Below, piece after piece: positions 29,276-36,832 of a stretch of 40,123 nucleotides of DNA. Each line of letters starts with the position of its first letter. Position 1 is the first letter of the stretch. A program made the position numbers and the translations under genes. The DNA comes from an uncultured bacterium (lineage in GTDB: Bacteria > Fidelibacterota > Marinisomatia > Marinisomatales > UBA1611): NCBI GenBank assembly GCA_963980675.1, contig CAXCBH010000001.1:1-40123 (forward strand). Direction: 5' to 3'. The notes under the pieces are model-generated. The model worked only from the letters and a program-made list of their open reading frames with translations. It did not search any database and was not told the origin of the DNA.

Positions 29276-30261
29276 TGAAAAATATAAAATACATATTCAC
29301 CTTTGTTTTAATAGTTACTATATCATTTGGATCTGAAAATAAAAAATTGGCTCAAACTGGGTTTCAATTTTTAAGTGTTTCAGCAGATGCAAGAGGCGGA
29401 GGAATGGGAGATGCAATGACAACTATTTTTGGTAATTCATCTTCTTTATTCTTTAATCCTGCTGGAATGTCTAGACAAAAACAATTAATTGATTTTAATT
29501 TTAGCTCAAACGAATGGATTGCAGATATTTCTTATGAAGCATTCAGTATGTCAGTTAGCCCGAAAAATGGTTTATATGGTGTTTTTGGGTTCACCATGCT
29601 GAATGTGGATTATGGAGAATTACAAGGGACGATGGTCTGGGATAATGAACAGGGTTTCATTGATACAGAAATATTTAAACCAACAGCTCTCTCACTTGGG
29701 TTTGGGTATGGCCGCGCATTATCGGAAAATTTTTCTGTGGGTGCCCATGTAAAAAAAGCGTATCAAAACCTAGGGTATAATGTTGTCCCAGCAACAGATA
29801 CATCAAAAATTGTCCAAAAAAATACTGCTGATGCCATTGCTTTTGATTTTGGTACTATTTATGAAACAGATTGGCATGGCTTTTCATTTGGAATGTCTGT
29901 TCGAAATTTTAGTGATGAAACTCAATTTTCATATGATGGATTTCAACTCCCATTAACATTTCGAATTGGTGGGTCATTGGAACTGCTTGGTTTCACACCT
30001 CTAGCTGACAAATCTCAATCGTTAGTGTTGGCATTAGAGGCACTTCATCCACGATCATACCCAGAAAGAATGAATATTGGATTGGAATATTCATTTATGA
30101 GGATAGCAAACCTCCGAATGGGCTATTTATATAATTATGATGAACGAGGCCTAACCTATGGCGGTGGAGTGAAAATTGGTCCCCTTTCTATCGATTATGC
30201 TTTAACTCCCTTTGGAATTTTTGACAACGTCAGTAGAGTAAGTATTGGAATTTCAAAATGA
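29275..30261 (+). CDS. PorV/PorQ-family outer-membrane beta-barrel (T9SS-associated)
   Basis: 328 aa. After the signal peptide, LAQTGFQFLSVSADARGGGMGDAMTTIFGNSSSLFFNPAGMS matches the conserved PorV/PorQ N-terminal motif as recalled. The rest alternates beta-strand-like segments. Confidence 0.7.
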   Translation: MKNIKYIFTFVLIVTISFGSENKKLAQTGFQFLSVSADARGGGMGDAMTTIFGNSSSLFFNPAGMSRQKQLIDFNFSSNEWIADISYEAFSMSVSPKNGLYGVFGFTMLNVDYGELQGTMVWDNEQGFIDTEIFKPTALSLGFGYGRALSENFSVGAHVKKAYQNLGYNVVPATDTSKIVQKNTADAIAFDFGTIYETDWHGFSFGMSVRNFSDETQFSYDGFQLPLTFRIGGSLELLGFTPLADKSQSLVLALEALHPRSYPERMNIGLEYSFMRIANLRMGYLYNYDERGLTYGGGVKIGPLSIDYALTPFGIFDNVSRVSIGISK

Positions 30262-31478
30262 AGAATGCACTTAATATAAATCAAAATATATCCATTGGGC
30301 TTTTATTAATAATATTTTCTTGTGAAGATCCAAACTATCCAAATGATGTTTGGGATGAAGAAGATATAGGAAATGCAACACCAATAGTCACTGGGGTTGT
30401 CCCAGCAGATGGAGCATTTGCAGGAATTGATACAATCATTATTTCAGGTCAATATTTTTCACTTTCTTTTTCTGAAAATCTTGTTTATTTCAATGGCATG
30501 TTAGGGAATGTAGTTAATGCAACATCAACTGCATTATCAGTCGTTCCTCCAAATCTGGTTAGCGATAGTGTCACGGTTAAAGTAGCAGTACAAGGTGCAT
30601 TCGTATTTGGTGAACTTGATGGTTTCTACCGGTTGACTGCCGCTGTTCAGGAATATGGCCCTTTTGATCAGTTTACTGATATTTACTCCTTAGATTTGGA
30701 TTTAAGTGAAAATCTATATGTGTCAATGGATGGTTCTCCTAATGCAGAATTTTGGATGGTGAATTCAGATGGAGATTCATCAGTATGGTCTGGCGCGTTG
30801 GCCAAGGGAGCTGGAATGAAAATTGGCCCTACAGGAAGTATTTATTATGTGAACTTTCAACGATATCTTTACAAAGATGAACAAAATACTCCAAAAGAGA
30901 ATACTGAAATATTTAAACGATTAAATGGAAATGCCACAGATCTGGATTTTGATGCGAATGGAAACCTTTTTGTCGGTGGAACGGGTTCTGTAATTGATGT
31001 CGTCAATATTTATGATGAAGGAGGGATTACATCAGGTGTAACTGAAGTGAAAGACTTGGGAGATCTTAATGTGGTTAATCTAAGAGTATATGGAGATCAT
31101 GTCTATATTCTAACTTCGAACACAACTTCTGAAAAAGTTATTTATAGATTACCAATTTTAGATACAGCTGGCACCTTGGGTGATTTAGAAGTTGTTTATG
31201 ATTGGTCTGTAAATATTATTGATGCAACAGCATTATGTTTTACACTAACATCATCTGGCGATTTATTAATAGGATCTGATTCTGAAACTGACCCGCTTGT
31301 TTTGGTTAAAGATGGGGTAGCTTCCGGATTCTATTCTTCTGTTCTTGTTCCCCCGATTAGTTATATGGCTTGGGGTAATGCTGAATTTCTCTATTTAATT
31401 AATAAAACTGATGAGACAAATAGAGTACAGAAAATTGATACAAGGATGGATGGTGCAGGCTATTATGGTCGGCCGTGA
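30258..31478 (+). CDS. Lipoprotein with an N-terminal IPT/TIG domain and a beta-propeller-like body
   Basis: 406 aa. Lipobox LIIFSC. PIVTGVVPADGAFAGIDTIIISGQYFS...LVYFNG is IPT/TIG-like. Repeated DxxGNLxV-type blade motifs follow (DANGNLFVGG, SSGDLLIGS). Confidence 0.75.
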   Translation: MKNALNINQNISIGLLLIIFSCEDPNYPNDVWDEEDIGNATPIVTGVVPADGAFAGIDTIIISGQYFSLSFSENLVYFNGMLGNVVNATSTALSVVPPNLVSDSVTVKVAVQGAFVFGELDGFYRLTAAVQEYGPFDQFTDIYSLDLDLSENLYVSMDGSPNAEFWMVNSDGDSSVWSGALAKGAGMKIGPTGSIYYVNFQRYLYKDEQNTPKENTEIFKRLNGNATDLDFDANGNLFVGGTGSVIDVVNIYDEGGITSGVTEVKDLGDLNVVNLRVYGDHVYILTSNTTSEKVIYRLPILDTAGTLGDLEVVYDWSVNIIDATALCFTLTSSGDLLIGSDSETDPLVLVKDGVASGFYSSVLVPPISYMAWGNAEFLYLINKTDETNRVQKIDTRMDGAGYYGRP

Positions 31479-31494
31479 TTGATGACTCTCTTTC

Positions 31495-34400
31495 ATGTCG
31501 ATAATTATTCGATCCCTTAAACTTAACTTATTACTTTTTTTCTTTTTTTATAATTTATTATTTCCCGGCACGACGGGGAAAATATCTGGCATTGTTCGTA
31601 ATATTGAAACTGAAGACCCATTAATCGGTGTTAATGTTGCTCTCGTTAGTACTCCTTTCGGTGCTGTTACTGATGAGACTGGTAGGTTTACACTCCTGAA
31701 TATTCCACCTGGTAATTATCAAATCCAAGCCAGTATGATGGGGTACTCAAAATATTTGATCAATGATTTAAGTGTGGGAATTGATCAAACAACTCAAATC
31801 AATATTCCAATGTCTCAAGAGTCTATTAAAATGAAAGAAGTCATTGTTCAAGCGAGTAAACCCATTATTCAATTGGATATTTCTAATAGCCAGTTTAATG
31901 TTAGTTCAGATGAAATAATATCATTACCAATAGATGAAATATCTGATATTCTTGACTTACAAGCAGGTGTGAATGGTTTAAGTATTAGAGGCGGGGGCAC
32001 AAGAGAATCTTTATTTCGTGTTGATGGATTTTCTTATAACGATGAAAGATCTAATATTCCATACACATCTATTCCAATCGGAATTATTAAAGAAATTCAA
32101 GTTCAAACAGGTGGCTTTAATGCAGAATATGGGAATATTCGTTCTGGAGTCATAAATGTTGTTTTGGCTGAAGGTGATAAAAATAAGGTTCATGGTGGAA
32201 TTACTTTCAGACATAGTCCCCCTACCCAGAAACATTTTGGCAATTCATTGTATTCAAGTGATTCATATTTTTTCCGTCCATTTCTAGATAATAATGTTTC
32301 TTGGGTTGGTACTGAAAATGGGAATTGGGATGCATACACAAGACGACAATATCCTTCTTTTGAAGGGTGGAATGCTGTTGCAGATGCAACATTACAGGAC
32401 GATGACCCTTCTAATGATCTTACACCTGCGAGTGCACAACAAATTTTCAAATGGCAACACAGGCGTAATGGTATTATCCAACATCCTGATGAAAATATGG
32501 ATTTATTTGTTTCAGGTCCAGTCCCCTTTGTATCGGAACTGGCAGGGAATCTTCGCTTTCTATTTAGTTATCGCAAAGAAAATGAAGCATTTATTTTTCC
32601 ATTATCCTATAAAGATTTTAAAGATAATTCTTGGTTGCTAAAGCTCACATCTGATTTCACAAAAAAAACTAAGATCAATTTTTCTCTTCAAAAGGGGCAG
32701 ATTCAATCTGTTTCCCCATATTCTTGGAAAACAACTCCAACGGGAACTTATTTACGCACATCTTATGAAGTAGCAAATCTCCTGAATGGTTCTTCTGGTA
32801 ATAGCATGTTATTTATGCCGGGTTATTACTCTCCTACCTTAATAAATAGATCAATTATTGGGATCAATTTGACTCACATGTTTTCTGAAAAAAAGTACCT
32901 AGAATTTTCCATCCAATATCAGTCTAATGATTATAATACTTTTCAAATGGAATTAAGGGATACAACAAAAACATATAAAATTATTCCCGGTTCGAATGAA
33001 TTAAAATTAGATGAGGCTCCATTTGGATATTGGGGATATGCTGAGACAGGTATTGATGGTATGGGGATTGGTGGTTGGATGAATCTTGGAAGAGATGAAT
33101 CAGTTAATTCAACCACAATTATTGATGTTGATTACATTAGCCAAATTGGAAATAATCACCATATTAAAAGTGGTGTAGGTGCTATACTCAATTCATTTAA
33201 AATAAGGTCTTTCACAGAAAGTCCCAGCATGTCTACTTGGAATCGATCAATGATTTATGACACTTCGCCATATAGATTATTTGCATATATTCAAGATAAA
33301 ATTGAGTATAAAGGATTCATTTCAAATATTGGAATCCGCAGTGATATCTCCAGCGGGAATTCGGATATTTATGATTTAGGCGAATATGATGATTATTTCA
33401 AACAGGGGAATGGCCACGATATTGAAGAAAATGTACCGTCCGCAATATCAAAACCAATTCATGCAATTAGTCCGAGACTAGGGATTTCTCATCCTATCAC
33501 AGATAAATCAAAATTATATTTTAATTACGGACATTTTTATTCTGAACCTTCTTCATCTTATCGTTTCAGATTACAAAGGGAAAGTAATGGGTTAGTGACT
33601 CATATTGGTGACCCTGGAATGGAATTTGAAAAAACCATTGCTTATGAAACAGGGTATTCATCAGATTTATTAGGACGCTTGTTATTGAATGTGGCTTTGT
33701 ATTATAAGGATATTACCAATCAACCGGGATGGGTTTATTATCAAAATATGAATGGGACGGTTCAAGTTAATCGAATTGAGAGTAATAATTATGAAGATAT
33801 TCGAGGTCTTGAGATTACCTTAAATAAAAAATTGGGTAATTGGATAACGGGTATGGTGAATTATACCTACCAAGTTGAATCTTCAGGATATTTTGGATTA
33901 TTAAAACAATTCCAAGATCCAAATGTGCAGCGAGATTATGAGAGTTTAAATCAATATCAGTCAAAACCACGGCCCAGACCTTATTTAAAAGCTGTTGCTC
34001 ATATTAGATCACCAAATAATTTTGGTCCTAAAATTTTTGGTCAATCCGTTTTTGGCAATTGGGCATCCAGTTTCATATATAAATATAATTCCGGTGGATT
34101 TGAAACATATAATCCACAAAACCTGCCTGGCGTGTCAAATAATATTCAGTGGAAAGATAATTATACTACGGATGCACGTTTTTCAAAAAAAATACAATTA
34201 AAAGAAACAACACTTGAATTTTTATTAGATGTAAAAAATTTATTTAATAATAAGTTTATTAGCTATGCGGGGTTTGCAGATTATTATGATTATATCGATT
34301 ATTTAGAATCATTGAGATTCTCATGGGAAGAAGGAAAGGAGAGGGGAGATGATAGAATTGGCGAATACAGAGCTTGGGATATTGATTATCAGCCATATGA

Positions 34401-34539
34401 ACCTGAAGATTGGCAAAATCCAACAGCAGAAGAGCAAGAGATACTAGACTCAAAAGCTTATATTGATATGCCAAATATCCGATCGGTAAGTTTTCTCAAT
34501 CCACGTGATATTTACTTTGGAATATCAGTGTATTTTTAA
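31495..34539 (+). CDS. TonB-dependent outer-membrane receptor with a CarboxypepD_reg-like domain (module 2, paralog of 23169..26321)
   Basis: 1014 aa with the same architecture as module 1 and clear alignable blocks, for example GKISGIVRN..DPLIGVNV, GGFNAEYGNIRSGVINVV and RHSPPTQKHFG...YPSFEGWN. C-terminal ISVYF. Confidence 0.9.
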   Translation: MSIIIRSLKLNLLLFFFFYNLLFPGTTGKISGIVRNIETEDPLIGVNVALVSTPFGAVTDETGRFTLLNIPPGNYQIQASMMGYSKYLINDLSVGIDQTTQINIPMSQESIKMKEVIVQASKPIIQLDISNSQFNVSSDEIISLPIDEISDILDLQAGVNGLSIRGGGTRESLFRVDGFSYNDERSNIPYTSIPIGIIKEIQVQTGGFNAEYGNIRSGVINVVLAEGDKNKVHGGITFRHSPPTQKHFGNSLYSSDSYFFRPFLDNNVSWVGTENGNWDAYTRRQYPSFEGWNAVADATLQDDDPSNDLTPASAQQIFKWQHRRNGIIQHPDENMDLFVSGPVPFVSELAGNLRFLFSYRKENEAFIFPLSYKDFKDNSWLLKLTSDFTKKTKINFSLQKGQIQSVSPYSWKTTPTGTYLRTSYEVANLLNGSSGNSMLFMPGYYSPTLINRSIIGINLTHMFSEKKYLEFSIQYQSNDYNTFQMELRDTTKTYKIIPGSNELKLDEAPFGYWGYAETGIDGMGIGGWMNLGRDESVNSTTIIDVDYISQIGNNHHIKSGVGAILNSFKIRSFTESPSMSTWNRSMIYDTSPYRLFAYIQDKIEYKGFISNIGIRSDISSGNSDIYDLGEYDDYFKQGNGHDIEENVPSAISKPIHAISPRLGISHPITDKSKLYFNYGHFYSEPSSSYRFRLQRESNGLVTHIGDPGMEFEKTIAYETGYSSDLLGRLLLNVALYYKDITNQPGWVYYQNMNGTVQVNRIESNNYEDIRGLEITLNKKLGNWITGMVNYTYQVESSGYFGLLKQFQDPNVQRDYESLNQYQSKPRPRPYLKAVAHIRSPNNFGPKIFGQSVFGNWASSFIYKYNSGGFETYNPQNLPGVSNNIQWKDNYTTDARFSKKIQLKETTLEFLLDVKNLFNNKFISYAGFADYYDYIDYLESLRFSWEEGKERGDDRIGEYRAWDIDYQPYEPEDWQNPTAEEQEILDSKAYIDMPNIRSVSFLNPRDIYFGISVYF

Positions 34540-36684
34540 ATGTCAAATTCTATTTTATTACGAATATTTTTTATAATTTTACCAATTCTGGTTTCTAGTC
34601 GAGTTGATGAAACATTAAAACGGTATATTAAGGTTGGTTCTCTACAAAGTCACTTTTCTGCCTATGGAAGTGAGAGAGCTTGGAATAATACCTACTATGA
34701 GGGCCTTATCTGGCCTGCGGATTATTTATACCAAGATAATTCTGTTATTAAAAGGACTTGGATTGCCACTAAAAATTTTACAGATGATCAAGGGTATTTA
34801 TGGGGTCACTATGGTGTGTACCTGCTTCTCAGTGATAACCAGGTTGGGACAAGTATTTTTCCAATGGAATTATATCAGATTGCAAAATTTATGCCACCCA
34901 CTGTTTATGTTGATGGTACCGATATTAATAGTTTCTATAATGCTCAAATAGATTCAGTTAATAGTGAAATTCCTTCTGATAGAATTGTTGTAAACAGGGT
35001 GAATACATCTATGGGGTTAACTATGGAACGGCGTATTTTTGCTTTTAGTCAGCAATATCATGATAATTATTTTATTAAAGTATTTACATTTACCAATACA
35101 GGAAATACGGATTGGGATGATGAAATTGAACTCACCAGTGATTTAGATGGTGTCGTGGCTGGCTGGGGTCCTCGCTACAGTTTACCAAGAGAAACCGGTA
35201 ACCGATTGGATGGTCAACAATCTTGGGGGAAAAACTCTTGGGTTACCATTCGTGGGGAAGATTATGCGGATAATTATTTAATGCCTATTACTGAAGATGA
35301 CCCTAGCCCTCAATGGCTAAGGTCTGTATTTCAATGGTATGGTCGCTCTGCAACTGTTTCACAGGTAAATACAATTGGGGGACCTTATTATCAAGGAAAT
35401 GGCCGATTAATGTCTCCGCACCATGCTGGCATGGGAGTAATTCATGTTGATATGGATTGGGGTGATTCCACAAATGATATTCATCAACCTTTATTTATGG
35501 GGTGGCACGCAGGTGATACCTATCCATCCATTGGTAGTTTGTCCCCATCTGCAGAACCATCTATGGCAAATCTTTACGATATGTTATCCGGAATACCTTT
35601 TCTGGGCTTAGGTGGTGCAGAACGTATTGATGAAATAGCTATGGGAGACCCATCCTCAGACACGTACTTGAACCACAATATAAAACCATTTGATATGCAC
35701 AATGATGCAGGAGGAATGAATGCAATGGTGACTTATGGTCCATTTGATATTCCGCATGGAGAAAGTGTGACGATTGTTGAAGTGGAAGGCATTAATGGAA
35801 TTAACCGCACAATGTGTGAAGAAATAGGACTTGAGTGGGATAAAGGTAGTCCTCCATTTATTTTACCTGATGGGTCTGAAACTGCCAATAAGGATATATT
35901 TAAAAATTCCTGGGTTTTTACGGGTAAAGATTCAATTTTGAAGACATTTGGACGAGCCTATAGGAATTATAATTCTGGATTTCAAATTCCATCTCCACCT
36001 TTACCACCACCATTATTTGATGTACAATCTGGCGGTGATAGAATATTTTTAAAGTGGGAACCAAGTGGAACAGAATTTGAGTCATCTTTTTCGGGATATG
36101 AAATTTGGAGAGCACCGGGAAAAGCTGACACCATCTATACTCAAGTCTATTCTGGTGCAAAAGGGACGTATTCATTTGATGATCTCACAGCGAAAAGAGG
36201 AATTTCTTATTATTATTATATTCAATCTGTGTCAAATGGTTCAAATAACCAATCCGGCGAACTCAACCCAACAGGACCTTTAAAGAGCAGCCGTTTCTAT
36301 ACAAAAACATCAAAGCCAGCTTATCTTAGAAGGAAATCCGGGGATGCCCTTAGAGATATAAGGATTGTTCCTAATCCGTATCATATCGCAGCAAAGGATT
36401 ATCAATATACTGGTGAAAAAGATAAAATAATGTTTCTGAATATTCCTGGACAATGTGACATAAGAGTTTTTACCGAAAGAGGTGATCTTATCCATCATAT
36501 TTCCCATAATGACGGTAGCGGGGACGAGGCTTGGAACTTGGTAACATCGGGACGACAAGTTGTAGCTCCCGGAATATATTTAGCTCATATATTGGTATCA
36601 TCAAACATCCTATCAATAGACCAGGAAAACGTTATAATTCGCAAGGGGGATAGTAGAGTTTTAAAGTTTGCTGTTATTCGGTAA
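34540..36684 (+). CDS. Uncharacterised secreted TBDR-partner protein (module 2, paralog of 26311..28461)
   Basis: 714 aa. Its ATG directly abuts the TBDR stop (TAAATG). Shares blocks with the 716-aa protein (NSWVFTGKDSILKTF; PPLFDVQSGGDRIFLKWE; IRIVPNPYHIAAKD...IMFLNIPGQCDIRVFTERGDLIHHISHNDGSGDEAWN). The CTD-like tail is about 36349..36681. Confidence 0.85.
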   Translation: MSNSILLRIFFIILPILVSSRVDETLKRYIKVGSLQSHFSAYGSERAWNNTYYEGLIWPADYLYQDNSVIKRTWIATKNFTDDQGYLWGHYGVYLLLSDNQVGTSIFPMELYQIAKFMPPTVYVDGTDINSFYNAQIDSVNSEIPSDRIVVNRVNTSMGLTMERRIFAFSQQYHDNYFIKVFTFTNTGNTDWDDEIELTSDLDGVVAGWGPRYSLPRETGNRLDGQQSWGKNSWVTIRGEDYADNYLMPITEDDPSPQWLRSVFQWYGRSATVSQVNTIGGPYYQGNGRLMSPHHAGMGVIHVDMDWGDSTNDIHQPLFMGWHAGDTYPSIGSLSPSAEPSMANLYDMLSGIPFLGLGGAERIDEIAMGDPSSDTYLNHNIKPFDMHNDAGGMNAMVTYGPFDIPHGESVTIVEVEGINGINRTMCEEIGLEWDKGSPPFILPDGSETANKDIFKNSWVFTGKDSILKTFGRAYRNYNSGFQIPSPPLPPPLFDVQSGGDRIFLKWEPSGTEFESSFSGYEIWRAPGKADTIYTQVYSGAKGTYSFDDLTAKRGISYYYYIQSVSNGSNNQSGELNPTGPLKSSRFYTKTSKPAYLRRKSGDALRDIRIVPNPYHIAAKDYQYTGEKDKIMFLNIPGQCDIRVFTERGDLIHHISHNDGSGDEAWNLVTSGRQVVAPGIYLAHILVSSNILSIDQENVIIRKGDSRVLKFAVIR

Positions 36685-36710
36685 AATTGTCTATTACACT
36701 ATATTATCAT

Positions 36711-36732
36711 TTGAAAATACTTTTCAATTTTT
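36711..36732 (+). terminator. Weak AT-only hairpin plus T-run after the long operon
   Basis: TTGAAAA-TAC-TTTTCAA is a perfect 7-bp stem followed by TTTTT. It is thermodynamically weak because every pair is A:T apart from a single G:C. Confidence 0.25.
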
Positions 36733-36820
36733 ACTTGAAAAATATGGAAAAGTTTGGTATTCTCACCGTTCATAATTGTACTATAATATGTAGCACAATT
36801 TTCTTATCATAAACGAAACA

Positions 36821-36826
36821 AAGGAG
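36821..36826 (+). promoter_or_regulatory. Strong Shine-Dalgarno (AAGGAG) for the 855-aa gene
   Basis: AAGGAG lies 6 nt upstream of the ATG at 36833. Most other genes in the window lack an obvious SD. Confidence 0.5.
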
Positions 36827-36832
36827 AACATA

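Noticed and set aside
23169-36684. Classification as a canonical SusC/SusD PUL
   Set aside because: No SusD/RagB-like (TPR-rich, ~500-600 aa lipoprotein) gene follows either receptor. The downstream genes have signal peptides, FN3 and CTD-like tails instead. I therefore describe the locus as PUL-like, not as a SusCD locus.
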